NCBI GenBank assembly: GCA_964247055.1
Contig: OZ176051.1
Location: 14,880,001-14,944,000 of the forward strand
Length of the DNA stretch: 64,000 bases
DNA from: Paragordius varius
Lineage: Eukaryota; Animalia; Nematomorpha
Direction of reading: 5' to 3'
Below the pieces are notes generated by a model. The model was not told the DNA's origin. It saw nothing but the letters and a program-made list of their open reading frames with translations, and ran no database searches. Positions 22,768 through 37,571 of this stretch are shown here, piece by piece (the first letter of the stretch is position 1; each line of letters begins with the position of its first letter). The position numbers and the translations under genes were made by a program.

Positions 22768-24370
22768 ATAAATTTTTCTAACCCAAATAGCAAAGCCTTA
22801 GTTTCTAATTCAATCACAGAATAATTTTTTTCTGCATTCTGGCATTTTCTTGATGCGAATGCAATTGGTACCATTCTCTCTCCATTAGCAGAATTACAAT
22901 TCCAAAGACTTTTGTAGACGTATCTTGTATTATTGTTTTATTATTTATGTTATAAGTGGCAAGTAAAGATTCTCTTGATATTAGTTTTTTGCTTGCTTAA
23001 ATTCATTTTGATCTTGTGACCATCTCCATTCCTTTTTGGATCCTGTTAGTGCATGTAGATTACTAACCTTGACATGTATTCATAATTGAGCAATCCCAAA
23101 AAGGATCTTAACTCAGTTTTATTAGTAGGTGTTGCACATTTAGTAATGGCGTCGATTTTATCTTGTACAGGGCGAATTCCCTATTTGATAACTCAAAACC
23201 CTAAAATTTAATATTCTTCTGATGGAATTATAATTTATCTTTTCTTAACGTAAACCCGCATTTTTGTAACCTTGTTAGGGTCTCGCTAAGATTTTTATTA
23301 TGTTCATCTTTCGTTTTACCAACAATCAAAACATCTACGAGATAAGCCATTGTGCCTCGGCAATCTTTGAGTACCTCATCCATTATTCTCTGGAAAAGGA
23401 TGGGAGAAACCTTTAATCCAAATGATAGGCGATTAAATTGGAAATATCCCATCGGGGTAGTAATAACTAAATATTTTTTACTTTCCACATCCACCGGAAT
23501 TTGAAGGTATGCGCTCTTTAAATCAATGGACGAGAACCATGTGGATCCCGCACATTTAGACGCGATCGTGTCAAATGTTGGGATAATCTGAGATATGTTC
23601 TCCATCAAAGAATTGATAGTTACCCGGAAATCAGCGCACACCCTAATTTCCCCATTAGTTTTTACGACGTTAACCGTAGGAGTCGCCCATTCCACATGGT
23701 TTGTGTAGGATCAACGGGACTCACTATTCCCAGGTCCATCAGTCTCACTCTGTATTACCAATGGAATTCGCCGTGCAGCACAATCTTTTGGTATTGCATC
23801 TGATCGGACATATTGACGAGATCACCGTTGTAACAACCCAATTTCCCGTTAAAGAGTTTTGGAAATCGCTTGAATACATCATCATGACCATTATTATTAT
23901 TAGATGTTACTTGATTAACTTTCACGTTATCCGGTAAGGTCATGCCAAAACCAATGATCCAAGGCAGCCCAAATATCGGAGATATGTTTTTCCCAAGAGT
24001 TTGATTGGGTTGTGCCGTAGGAAGTTAATCTGGGAGCACTCTTGGTGCTCCCACCGTCTTCCAGACATTTTTATTAATCAGAGAAGCAGCAGCTCCAGTA
24101 TCGAAAACCATACTGACAGCTTGGCCATAAATCGTAGCGCAAATGTTCGCTTGTGTGCCCCATTTATTATAATTAGCGTTTATATTCTCACTATATCGTT
24201 TTTTATGGCGACACATTGCCTGAAAATGATTTTTTTATTACAATTGTGGTATATTTTTCCGAACGCGGGACATTGTTTTGGTATATGCGATTTACCACAT
24301 TTGCCACATCTCCGCTTCCATTTCCATTCATTATTATTGCCATCATCTTCTTTATGTTCCATATCATTTC

Positions 24371-24410
24371 TATTATTATTATTATTATTAATTAGTATTA
24401 TTATTATAAT
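24371..24410. repeat. (ATT)n low-complexity tract in gag (also in each unit)
   Basis: tattattattattattattaattagtattattattataat. Confidence 0.8.
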
Positions 24411-25069
24411 TCGACCGATTCTTTTAAATTTTGAGGAAATGCTTGACGACGCATGGGAGGCAATGGCCCTTGCAAGTTCTTGATCCAAGCCATGTCGACA
24501 ATGGTGGTTAATGACACCGCCTTCCCACCACACTTCGCATCAGGGAATTGTGATAAAGATCCATTTAGCATATATTCAAAATTTTATCTAGCGCGAGCTC
24601 TGCATTTTTGCGTTTTAAGAAAATTAGGCTATTTTAGAATGGGTTTTTCGGAGCCCACTCAAAAAATTTAGAAAAAATTTTCTTTTTTAATGTAGTTTAT
24701 GATAAATTATATGACAATTTTTAGAATAAGCCATTTAGCTTTCATCCAAAAAATTTTATTTTACAAAAATGTGGGCAAACTTTGCCATCATCTAATATGG
24801 AGCACTTGCCAGAAAAGTGTAATATATCATCAAGATATTTATTATTCCCGATTTTGTACACAGTGTATAAATACATTTTATTGAAAATTATGTAATGTGC
24901 AACTAAAAGGTTAAAAAAGCAACTTTTTGAATTTGACCTAATACCCTAAATACTTGTAAAAATACTCAAATTTCAAATCGATAGGGTATATAAAATCACC
25001 CCAAAAAGTCATAAAGTATTTATACAATAATGTTTTAAGTTTTCCACACATCTATTTAGTTATCTAGAA

Positions 25070-25760
25070 ATTTTCTGATGTCCAAATGTATTGTTTTCTT
25101 CCAGATATAATTCGGGAGACCTTTGCGGGTTTTCCTAGTAGGAGTGAACAGCTTCATGTGACCCATTTAAATTAATTATGAATGAGAAATTTTTGTTTTA
25201 GTTGTAACCATGTCAAACGCATTTATCATTTTGGTGAGGACGTTAGCCATTTAAAATTGTTAGATACTCGAGGGAGTTGACTTTTCTAACGTTTGTATTT
25301 TGTGAGCCCATAACTTGCATTTTATTGGATAAGTCTTGACTTCTTTGTTCCATATGGCGCTTGGATATTCGGGTAGATAATTATCTTTGTCCTATTTAAT
25401 ATAGTTCATGATACTGATTTAGGTGGCTTTTACAAGTTTAAATTTTCATCCGCAAAAATAATTCCGAAGGAAATAAATACGACGTGGAGAAAATATTCAA
25501 TTTGGAGAGAATAGCGGTGCCGTACAAGGTAAAAGATGGAAATCGATGCCTTCTCAGATCAATTACGGCCGACTGGCGTTTCGAGGGGTGGAGAGGAGAA
25601 TGATTGTGGTCCAACGATAAACCAACCGATGTGTGCAATATAACAACCAATAATCGGAAAGTGAGGGACTAACAAGGCAAAGCAAAGGAAAGCGAGAAAG
25701 AACCAAAAAAGAGAATTTAATATATCCTATTGTTTGGCGAGTGACCTCAAGGGAGAAATC
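25070..25760. mobile_element. Composite remnant (LINE-like piece fused to plus-strand Gypsy IN tail), in each unit
   Basis: 25070-25420 matches 8490-9040 (cagcttyatgtgacccattt, catatggcgcttgga). 25440-25640 matches 10690-10930 (ggtaaaagatg.aaatcga, gtgcaatataacaaccaataatcg). Confidence 0.7.
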
Positions 25761-25979
25761 CATTAGCCTACACAAAAAATTAATGACTATATTTTAGTTT
25801 TTGCATTTTGAACAAATGTATTATATATGTGACAAGATCTAACAACGATTTTGATTTAAGTCTCTAAGGGCAATAATATAGAATGCCAATATTTATTTTT
25901 TCAAACACCCCCACTTAAAATATTTATTATTCCCAACACCCAATAACAACATTAAAACATGTTAAAACATTTTTTATTA

Positions 25980-28900
25980 TTATTGAATCATTCCAGGATA
26001 AGAAATGTTGGGCCGTTTCTCACATTCCTCTATTAGAGTAGCATTAATGTTATCCAATTTAATTGTGCCAATAAGCATATATTTATTATCATTGAGCTTT
26101 AGAGCAACCAATTGATTACAAACATCATTAAAGTATCCATTACCTATGCAAAATATTTATAATTAATGCGTGAAAATCAAAAATATTAAATATAATATAA
26201 ACCACCTCTCTCATAAGAACACCAAAAAAGGCTTGGCTCATTATCCGCATCCTAAAATCTCTCAAAATTGGTAATGTGTTTGGTTGTTTTAAATATTTTA
26301 GAAATCTATTGAATAATATTCACAAGCTTTCAAAACAAAATAAAGGTATAGGAAGGAAGATAACATTAGAAGGCGTCGCATGTCATGGTGGCTTAAAATC
26401 AGTAAATCATCTAACAGCAAAAACCAAACCTAGGGAGGAGCCAAAAGAACCAAATTCACATAAAAGTTACCAAGAAATCATTACAAGATCTTTACAGCAA
26501 CACCGTATAATTGAGAAAAATATTGAAACATACATTGTATTGTTTAAGAGTGAAAACTAAGATAAACCAAATCTCACAAGTTAATTGTTTATATACCAAG
26601 TCAAACATTGCTTATTTTTGTGTTTCACAAATCTAATAATTAAATATCGTCACATCTCTATAAATAAATATACCTCTCAAATCAATGTTTAATTTTTTCT
26701 CCCTGTCTTTGCTTGAAAGTTTTTCCCAGCCTGGTATGCTGAAAAGGATTGTAATGCTGGCAAAACTGAAACTATTGAAATGTTTAATGATTCCAAAAAA
26801 TTGAAACTTATATCTATTCGTTCAATTGTCTGTTTATATGCAGCGCGTGTAAAATCAACGGATCTAATTTCACTATGATGTATTACAAGGGATTTTAAAT
26901 GCGCCCATTTCTCAAATGGTTCCAAGTTTCTAAACCCCGTAACACATTCCAGGCCCAAAACTTCCAAATTATTTTCGGTTTCGAAAAATTCGGGAGTGAC
27001 CATACAATTCCTAAGGAACAAAGAGGTTAGATTTTTAGGGAAAGATTCAGCGGACCTAAGAAAGGTTTTTTGGAGATACGATTTTCCTTCTATGGTTAGG
27101 GAGCGAATGTTAGGGAATTTTCGCAATATGTCAGAAATATCATCGAAATCTTCCACCACGTGCAAAAGCAATTCTTTCGCGTTCAAATTTTTCGCCGTAA
27201 AAGTGTTGGTGTATGATTTCACTTCTAGTCTTTCCAGTGAAGGCAAATAAGCTTCTATTACATTATCGAATTTTGACTCTAAAATTAAACTCTTTATGGC
27301 CGTGTGATTGATATGTCCAACTAAACGTACGTTATTAATCAAATCAATAAAGCTACGTTTTGCAACTTTGGAAAGAGATTTAAGAAGGACCAATTGAAAT
27401 TTTTCTCATAACCAAATATTGTAAGTTTGATCGATTTAATCATTGTGTGTGTAGACAATTCCTTTAACAATTCATATGTATAATTAATATTTGCGTGATA
27501 ATCCCCAACACTAACTACTGTTGAATTTTTTTGCCGGACTTAAAAGCCTGAATAGTAGATACAAAAAATATTGCTGAATTGGCTTCTGTTTTAACTATTC
27601 TGATCATATCACTGATTGATAATACATCCGAACAATTATAATTATTTGTCGATTCTATGTGTATGCATTGAAAATTATAAAATTTACAATAATCCAGGCG
27701 CCTTATCAACGTTAATATGTGCGTTTTATTGGCAAAATCGTAGATTGAACCATCTCTGTATTTGCAAGCACCAATAAAATTGCCAATTTCACTAATTACA
27801 TTGGTCATACCCGCACACTTGAGGTTATTCCCGATAACTATATGTAAAAAAAAGTTAAGAAATAAAATTAATTTCTAAATCTTAATAATATTAAAAAAAT
27901 GATTTAATCAAAAAAAGATAGCGAATTGAAAAATCATCATTTATTGAAACATTATTCAATTTCATTGTACTCATTTGGTTGGTAATTTTCTTTAAATATG
28001 GTGAGCTAATGTCTATGATTTGTAATTGTGGATATTCTTTTAATTCATCAATGTCAAATGTCTCAATAAAATTGTTTGAAATGTTTAAATATTACATATT
28101 TAAGAAATAAGATTGTTCTTTAAGTGAAACAATATTTTCATTTTCCAAAGGAGGGAATAAATGCGTTATGTTATTATAAGCCAGATTTAAATGTGTAAGA
28201 TTCCAAAGTTGTTGCCAAACATCCATATAAATAGCAGAGATTTGATTGTTTTCCAAGTTTAAAGATGAAGATTGCAAACTAGTCAAGTTTATATGTAACA
28301 AATGACTAGCATTTATTTGACCGTTCAATTTAAATACCAAATTTAGACTTTGTAACTTAGAACAAAATTGGTATTTTTCGTTCATTTTCTCCAATTCTAT
28401 CTGATTATAACTTAGGTTAAGAGCTTTTAGGCTGGGACTACACACATCAGTCCAACTACTTAATTTATTACCAGATAAATCCAATGTTTCTATGTTATGC
28501 GTTGCATTGAATCCCCCAATGACTACGTTTTTTAGATTCTTTCCAACTTTTAAATATTTTAAAGAAGGTGGAATATTCTGTAAATTAATTGTCTCCAAAT
28601 TGCTAGATAATAAAGTAAGATTAATCAGTTTCATTAAATTCCCTAAATTGGTTAATGATTGCGATGACAAATTTGTATGACCATTCATCTCCAAACTTTT
28701 TAGTGATGATGAAAAGTATTTTATTTGGCTTAAATCAAACGGTGTTTGCACATTTATTGATAAGAAGGTTAGGTTAGATTGGGACCCCAAATGTCTGAAT
28801 AATTGTTCCAATGCAGATTTAGATATTGATTTGTCTACTTGATTAATTTCCAAGCGGTTTAAATTGGGCAATGACATGTCCCCCGTAGTATTAACACTTT

Positions 28901-29314
28901 TAATTCGAACATTATCCAACTTTAATGCTCTTATCCATGTTACTTTTATATCGTTCAAGTTTAGCATTTCAAAATCGCAATTTATGAAGGTTAAATCAAA
29001 AAACTTATCTTAGAATCAAACATATCCTTATTATACCCAGACATTGATCCTGAACCACTGTGGTGAATTTGTTCTTCATCGTCGATCGGATAAAAATTTC
29101 GATGCGAATATAATTTCGCTAATTCTTCCAATTTAACTTTTAACATTTCCAATTGTCTGTCTCCCATGTTTTTGCATTTTATTTGGCTTAATTTACATTC
29201 ACATGGATTGGTTATATTGAGGCACCAATCATGAAAAACTTTGTTCGGAATGACTTCCGTGTGTGCTTTAATAAACGGACAAGCGCAGAAAAAAAGTATT
29301 ATAGGTAAATGCAT
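25980..29314 (-). pseudogene. LRR paralog B (A-type 5' end), array copy 1
   Basis: ORFs 28991-29314, 28092-28967, 27515-27808 and 26689-27393 are homologous to A. In-frame TAA at 28092 (GAA in A), frameshifts near 27540, 27350 and 26720, and loss of the A-type donor near 27945. Mini-exon 26206-26251, 62-nt intron and open terminal exon 25980-26143. Confidence 0.85.
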
Positions 29315-31722
29315 TTCACGTTTTTAACGAAAAAAAATTTAATGATAAAATAGAGTTATAAACTGCTAAAAATTTCTTTATTAATCGAAAATGAAGATTG
29401 TGTAATTCAGCGAATTGTTATTTACTAGCCTTATACGCAAGTTACATATAATAACTAGTAAATATAAGATATTACAACGAAAATAAATGATTAATATCTT
29501 CGAAATTTTATAATTAGAAATATAAATAAACAACCTACAGAGTTTACTTAATCGTTTCTAATGCATGCTACCTCTTTATAAAATAAACTTTTTTCGTGAT
29601 ATTTTTATTTTTTAGACGCACCTAGTTGATTGTAAAGATACAATTAGAAATTGATATTATCCTAATTAAGTAAAGTTATCTAGCCCAAAACTATTATATT
29701 TATATGATTTATTGTGTTAAATTACAATAAATTATACTAAGAAAATGTAATTACTTAAATACAAATATTTTTTTTAAAAGCTCTTTAAACCTTAATCCTT
29801 TTTAATAAATTATATAATTTGTGAATTTTATAAATTAGCAATTTAAACGTTTTTTGCAAAAAATATTTAGCGTTATTACATTTATATATATATATATATA
29901 TATATATAAATCTTTAAATTGTATTGTTTCAGTATTGATGAAGTTAAATAAAATCAGGGCTATAAAAGGTATAAACGCCCACGTGTTGTCTGAAGGTAAA
30001 ACATTTCATAACACGTTTTTAAAAGTCTGAGTTAAGTTAAACAATAACCTTCAAATATTGTATAGACTATTAGTTATATATATTGCTCATATTAATTAAA
30101 ATAAATTTACCAAATCAGTAGATAACAATAACAAATGAAATACAAAACTCTATTAACTAAAAAATTTAAAAATAGAAAACATTTACCTTAGTTTACTAAA
30201 CAACATTATTATAAAGATGCATTTATTAACTTGAATTTGTCTAGCGTTTTAAATCTACAAGTAGATTAAAGTTTATCAATATGCTAGATTAAATGAATTT
30301 TGGATTTCTAATCTTTGATAACAAACGTAACAATAAAATTGAATACAAGTTTTTTGAAATATGATATTGTGAGTAAGTTAATTTTTCCTGAATATTTTAA
30401 AAATTAAAACTCCAATAAATTTGCTATATTGAACAATATTATTGTGATGCCCCTACAATTTTAGATACAGTTACAAGAGTTATAATTAACCATTTCATTC
30501 TATTTAGCTAAAGCGGTTTTTTAATTTTAATAAAATTTATATCTTCTGGCGCTCTTGTATTTCGTCTCGACAGTTTTATTTAATATATCACTAATAAAAT
30601 AATGGCAACATAAATATGGCCTATAGTAGCATTCGTTACTATGTATAATGAATCATACGATAGCCAATTCTTTTGGTTATATAGTTTAAAATGCCTTATA
30701 CTATAGCTAAATTAACCATATCTACTTCATTTTCAAATACAAGTTCTTTATTGACTCAATTTTAGGTAAATGTAGATTAATAAATGTATTCATCGCTTTT
30801 TGTCAAAGTCTTTGGAGAATTAGCCTTAGTAAAATTAATAGGATAATATAAATGCCAAACATATAGATATTGAAAATATCCAAAACCATTTAAGAAAGGA
30901 CAATATAAATCAACCATTAGCTATAGATATGAGGTTAGTATTTCGATTATAATATATATTTATTTTAGACGCAAAAAGTATCTAAAAATTTTGTACTTTA
31001 TTAATCGAAAATAACGATTGTGTAATTCAGCGAATTGTTATTAAATAACCTTATACGCAGGTTAGATATAATAACAAAATTTTGTAAATGAAAGAATTAC
31101 AACGAAAATAAATGATTGATTTCTTGGAGATTTTATAATTAGAAATAACAACCTATTGAGTTTACTCAATTGTTTATTATGCTGCTACCTTTTATAGAAT
31201 ATCTTTTTTTTGTTATACTTTTATTTTTTTCGCACCTAGTTAATTGTAAAGATACAATTAGAAATTGGTATTATCCTAATTAAGCGTATAAAGTTATCCG
31301 ACCCAAAACTATTATTGTATGATTTATTGTGTTAAATTACAATAAAATTAAAATTATACTGAGTAAATGTAATTATTTATATGTAATTATTTTTATTAAA
31401 GTACTCTTTAAACCTTAATCTTTTTTAAATTATATAATTAAAATTGTGAATTTATAAATTAGCAATTTAAACGTTTTTTGCAAAAAATATTTAGCGTATA
31501 CTATTACATTTATTATGTATATTTTAAATTGTATTGTTTACGTGTTGTCTGAAGGTAAAACATTTCATAATATTTAACACGTTTTTGAAGGTTTGAGTTA
31601 TATAAAAAAATAAAATCAAATATTGTATAGACTATTAGTTATATATATTGCTCATATTAAGTAAAATAAATTTACCATATCTGGAGAATTACAATAACAT
31701 ATGAAATACAAAACTCTATTTA

Positions 31723-32299
31723 CACTTCGATTTAAATTGGGGTATCTAAATACCCCAGACTAAATTTAAATTAAAATTTTTAAAAAACACTGAAGGAAAC
31801 GGTCCCAATTAAAATTTATGCTTCTATCCGGATAAATATTATATAAATATGCCAAAATATCTTGATAAAATTTTGTTTTGAAAAAAAGTTCCACCTCAAA
31901 CTACTTCGACGCCATTTTTATTTTACAAAAATTTTGCAAAATATCGTCTTCATTTAATTTTAAGGGTAAAACTAAAGCTTATTTTTTTTATAAATTACAT
32001 CTAACATTGATAGTAATAGAAAAAGCGTTTTATTTTGTATTATTTTTTTATTTTATAATTTGACACATGTCACGTTGACTAAATTTTTACCTGTCAGTTT
32101 TAGCTCAAAAAAGGTAATATCAAGTATTTTTAAATAAAATTTTTTATATATTTCGGTTTATAAATGTTATATAAGAGCAACATTTTGCCATGGTTTCGAT
32201 TGCTTCCATACATTTTAGACTACTTAATTTTAAACAGGCCTGGGGTATCCAACTACCCCAATTTAAATAGGACTAAAATGAGTGTGTTGTATCCAAGTG
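31723..32299. mobile_element. CAC..GTG MITE, unit 2
   Basis: Appears identical to 20195-20771. Confidence 0.8.
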
Positions 32300-32662
32300 T
32301 TAACTAAAAAATTTAAAAATAGAAAACATTTACCTTAGTTTACTAAACAACATTATTATAAAGATGCATTTATTAACTTGAAATGTAAAAAATATAAAGA
32401 TATTATGTATACAAAATAATAATTAGTCAAGACAAAATGAATTTTGGATTACTATAACTAATCTCAAACGTAACAATAAAACTGGAATACAAGAATCAAA
32501 ACTCCAATAATTAATATTGAATAATACTCTGTGATTTAAAATACAGTTACAAGAGTTATTAACCATTTCGGGATTATGATTAGCTAAAGCGGTTTTTTCA
32601 TTTTAATAGTTTCTTCAGCGCTATTGTATTTCGTCTCGACAGTTTTATTTAATATGTCACTA

Positions 32663-34250
32663 TGAATCTTGAAATACAATGATACTTTATTAAAAATTTC
32701 GTGATATTTATACTTTTTTATTAATGATAATTTTAACATGCATGTGCGTCACAATTGTAACAATATGTCTTTTCTTCTACGAATATATATATAAGAATTC
32801 CATAATGACTCACGAACATAAACGCCAAACGTTATTAATATAATAATATGATGTAAGATAAAAATACAATGATGCAATGTTGTAAATTCAACTACATATC
32901 ACTCTCTTCCTCCTCTAAAAAACGCTTAGGAGGTTTGCGGACTCGATTTGGGTAACGCCTGGGGGCCTCACTCTGCTCACCATCCGACCTCAGTTGATCG
33001 GCATGTTTCCTCATCTCTATTCCATCTTCATCCTTTACTTCGTACGATAACGGCCCCGTCCTTACTTCAACCGTACCCGGTCGCCATCCTCTAGATATCT
33101 CGTTCTTTATAAATATTGACTGACAAGGTGTAAATTCTCTTAAGGGTCTCGGTGGTGTACTTACTTTAGGAGTTTCTTTATCTTGGAACCAATTCAACGG
33201 TGTGTTGATGTTCCGCTTTAAAAACAACGATGCGGGGGTCGTCTTTATCTCGTATGCCATGAATTTCGATAGGCCAATAAAACATTTAAAGCCTCTTGAC
33301 TCTTCACGCCAGTCATCATCGTAAAACGAAATTTTGATTTCAACGTATAAATCATTCTTTCCACTGAACCATTTGTCCTTGGGTGGTAAGGAGCAGATGT
33401 CACATGATTAACGTTCCAGTTTGTCATCTTTTCCCGAAAATTGAACCATTTGAAAAAAGTAGCATTATCAGATACTAGCATTCTTGGAAAACCATTTCTC
33501 CAATTGTTTCAAAATCACATCAGATGTAGTACTGCTAAGTATCCACCTCCTCCCATCTTGAGAACGCGTCAATTAAAATCAAGCAATATATACCACACAT
33601 GAGACCTGCGATGTCCACATGAAGTCTTTCCCATATTTCCACATTGAAGTCCATTTATATACCGGATTCTCAGCAACGTTCGCCCTGTTCCTCTGACAAC
33701 ACTGACAGTCTGTACTAACTTTTCAATGTTCTTATCCATTCCGGGCCAAAACACCAACGACCTTGTTTTTCATAGCAACGATCCCCGGATGTCCTTCATG
33801 AAACCAAGCCAAAATTCGTCTTCGCGCAGCTGTTGGGATAACCAACCGATCACCAACATATACGAAACCATCGGCTTGTTTGAGATCATTTCTAACGGCT
33901 TTGAATGCGGATAATTCCGTTGACCAATCATTATTTTTAAATGCCATACCTAGTCGTTTTAACAGTTTACTCCAAACAATCTTTTTTTATTTGTTTTAAA
34001 TCCACGAATGCGATTTGTCGGATTTTTTCGGCCACATATTCATCATCATTGTCTACGGATGTCTGACTCTTTTCGGGAATTCTTGAAAACACATCGGCCA
34101 TGTTTGTCGATTCCACAATATATTTCATATCAAAATCATACGCTGCGGCCTTGTAGATCCATGTTAACAATTTACAGTTTCTAATATAACTTCCGATTGT
34201 TCCGAATAAATGAATTATCGCCTTATAATCTAACCAAACCTCACATACAG

Positions 34251-34295
<45 letters not shown>

Positions 34296-36172
34296 ATAAA
34301 TTTTTCTAACCCAAATAGCAAAGCCTTAGTTTCTAATTCAATCACAGAATAATTTTTTTCTGCATTCTGGCATTTTCTTGATGCGAATGCAATTGGTACC
34401 ATTCTCTCTCCATTAGCAGAATTACAATTCCAAAGACTTTTGTAGACGTATCTTGTATTATTGTTTTATTATTTATGTTATAAGTGGCAAGTAAAGATTC
34501 TCTTGATATTAGTTTTTTGCTTGCTTAAATTCATTTTGATCTTGTGACCATCTCCATTCCTTTTTGGATCCTGTTAGTGCATGTAGATTACTAACCTTGA
34601 CATGTATTCATAATTGAGCAATCCCAAAAAGGATCTTAACTCAGTTTTATTAGTAGGTGTTGCACATTTAGTAATGGCGTCGATTTTATCTTGTACAGGG
34701 CGAATTCCCTATTTGATAACTCAAAACCCTAAAATTTAATATTCTTCTGATGGAATTATAATTTATCTTTTCTTAACGTAAACCCGCATTTTTGTAACCT
34801 TGTTAGGGTCTCGCTAAGATTTTTATTATGTTCATCTTTCGTTTTACCAACAATCAAAACATCTACGAGATAAGCCATTGTGCCTCGGCAATCTTTGAGT
34901 ACCTCATCCATTATTCTCTGGAAAAGGATGGGAGAAACCTTTAATCCAAATGATAGGCGATTAAATTGGAAATATCCCATCGGGGTAGTAATAACTAAAT
35001 ATTTTTTACTTTCCACATCCACCGGAATTTGAAGGTATGCGCTCTTTAAATCAATGGACGAGAACCATGTGGATCCCGCACATTTAGACGCGATCGTGTC
35101 AAATGTTGGGATAATCTGAGATATGTTCTCCATCAAAGAATTGATAGTTACCCGGAAATCAGCGCACACCCTAATTTCCCCATTAGTTTTTACGACGTTA
35201 ACCGTAGGAGTCGCCCATTCCACATGGTTTGTGTAGGATCAACGGGACTCACTATTCCCAGGTCCATCAGTCTCACTCTGTATTACCAATGGAATTCGCC
35301 GTGCAGCACAATCTTTTGGTATTGCATCTGATCGGACATATTGACGAGATCACCGTTGTAACAACCCAATTTCCCGTTAAAGAGTTTTGGAAATCGCTTG
35401 AATACATCATCATGACCATTATTATTATTAGATGTTACTTGATTAACTTTCACGTTATCCGGTAAGGTCATGCCAAAACCAATGATCCAAGGCAGCCCAA
35501 ATATCGGAGATAGCTCTTCTTCCGTCACAAAACATTCTAATTTCTTCGTAATATTTCCCATTGTTACTTTGACAACTGTTTTTCCCAAGAGTTTGATTGG
35601 GTTGTGCCGTAGGAAGTTAATCTGGGAGCACTCTTGGTGCTCCCACCGTCTTCCAGACATTTTTATTAATCAGAGAAGCAGCAGCTCCAGTATCGAAAAC
35701 CATACTGACAGCTTGGCCATAAATCGTAGCGCAAATGTTCGCTTGTGTGCCCCATTTATTATAATTAGCGTTTATATTCTCACTATATCGTTTTTTATGG
35801 CGACACATTGCCTGAAAATGATTTTTTTATTACAATTGTGGTATATTTTTCCGAACGCGGGACATTGTTTTGGTATATGCGATTTACCACATTTGCCACA
35901 TCTCCGCTTCCATTTCCATTCATTATTATTGCCATCATCTTCTTTATGTTCCATATCATTTCTATTATTATTATTATTATTAATTAGTATTATTATTATA
36001 ATTCGACCGATTCTTTTAAATTTTGAGGAAATGCTTGACGACGCATGGGAGGCAATGGCCCTTGCAAGTTCTTGATCCAAGCCATGTCGACAATGGTGGT
36101 TAATGACACCGCCTTCCCACCACACTTCGCATCAGGGAATTGTGATAAAGATCCATTTAGCATATATTCAAA
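32663..36172 (-). mobile_element. 5'-truncated Gypsy, unit 2 (LTR 32663-32901)
   Basis: Same ORF fragments as unit 1. Retains the 64 bp (35513-35576) missing in units 1 and 4. (AT)19 at 34254-34291. Confidence 0.92.
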
Positions 36173-37571
36173 ATTTTATCTAGCGCGAGCTCTGCATTTT
36201 TGCGTTTTAAGAAAATTAGGCTATTTTAGAATGGGTTTTTCGGAGCCCACTCAAAAAATTTAGAAAAAATTTTCTTTTTTAATGTAGTTTATGATAAATT
36301 ATATGACAATTTTTAGAATAAGCCATTTAGCTTTCATCCAAAAAATTTTATTTTACAAAAATGTGGGCAAACTTTGCCATCATCTAATATGGAGCACTTG
36401 CCAGAAAAGTGTAATATATCATCAAGATATTTATTATTCCCGATTTTGTACACAGTGTATAAATACATTTTATTGAAAATTATGTAATGTGCAACTAAAA
36501 GGTTAAAAAAGCAACTTTTTGAATTTGACCTAATACCCTAAATACTTGTAAAAATACTCAAATTTCAAATCGATAGGGTATATAAAATCACCCCAAAAAG
36601 TCATAAAGTATTTATACAATAATGTTTTAAGTTTTCCACACATCTATTTAGTTATCTAGAAATTTTCTGATGTCCAAATGTATTGTTTTCTTCCAGATAT
36701 AATTCGGGAGACCTTTGCGGGTTTTCCTAGTAGGAGTGAACAGCTTCATGTGACCCATTTAAATTAATTATGAATGAGAAATTTTTGTTTTAGTTGTAAC
36801 CATGTCAAACGCATTTATCATTTTGGTGAGGACGTTAGCCATTTAAAATTGTTAGATACTCGAGGGAGTTGACTTTTCTAACGTTTGTATTTTGTGAGCC
36901 CATAACTTGCATTTTATTGGATAAGTCTTGACTTCTTTGTTCCATATGGCGCTTGGATATTCGGGTAGATAATTATCTTTGTCCTATTTAATATAGTTCA
37001 TGATACTGATTTAGGTGGCTTTTACAAGTTTAAATTTTCATCCGCAAAAATAATTCCGAAGGAAATAAATACGACGTGGAGAAAATATTCAATTTGGAGA
37101 GAATAGCGGTGCCGTACAAGGTAAAAGATGGAAATCGATGCCTTCTCAGATCAATTACGGCCGACTGGCGTTTCGAGGGGTGGAGAGGAGAATGATTGTG
37201 GTCCAACGATAAACCAACCGATGTGTGCAATATAACAACCAATAATCGGAAAGTGAGGGACTAACAAGGCAAAGCAAAGGAAAGCGAGAAAGAACCAAAA
37301 AAGAGAATTTAATATATCCTATTGTTTGGCGAGTGACCTCAAGGGAGAAATCCATTAGCCTACACAAAAAATTAATGACTATATTTTAGTTTTTGCATTT
37401 TGAACAAATGTATTATATATGTGACAAGATCTAACAACGATTTTGATTTAAGTCTCTAAGGGCAATAATATAGAATGCCAATATTTATTTTTTCAAACAC
37501 CCCCACTTAAAATATTTATTATTCCCAACACCCAATAACAACATTAAAACATGTTAAAACATTTTTTATTA

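Larger units (their letters stand above)
21135..24580 (-). mobile_element. 5'-truncated, frameshifted Ty3/Gypsy (Mag/K02A2.6-type) element, unit 1
   Basis: Knuckle CGKCGKSHIPKQC, protease VFDTGAAASLIN, RT WATPTVNVVK/FSSIDLKSAYLQ/YLVDVLI, RH IAFASR..NYSVIELE, IN HEGHPGI and SAPYHPRTNGSVER, PPT at 21374-21388 and a single 3' LTR. No 5' LTR. Confidence 0.92.

Noticed and set aside
26276-26560. 94-aa plus-strand ORF repeated in every unit
   Set aside because: Antisense to the LRR-B distal region, begins at a non-ATG codon, and the paralogous A region is split by an insertion. It recurs only because of the array.
28060-28093. 34-nt GT-AG intron that could skip the premature stop in paralog B
   Set aside because: Splicing would shift the frame into another stop, and the same segment is coding LRR sequence in paralog A.
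35470-36075. 201-aa and related plus-strand ORFs (also 160, 78, 72 and 62 aa in each unit)
   Set aside because: Antisense shadows of Gypsy gag-pol or LRR exons with low-complexity composition.
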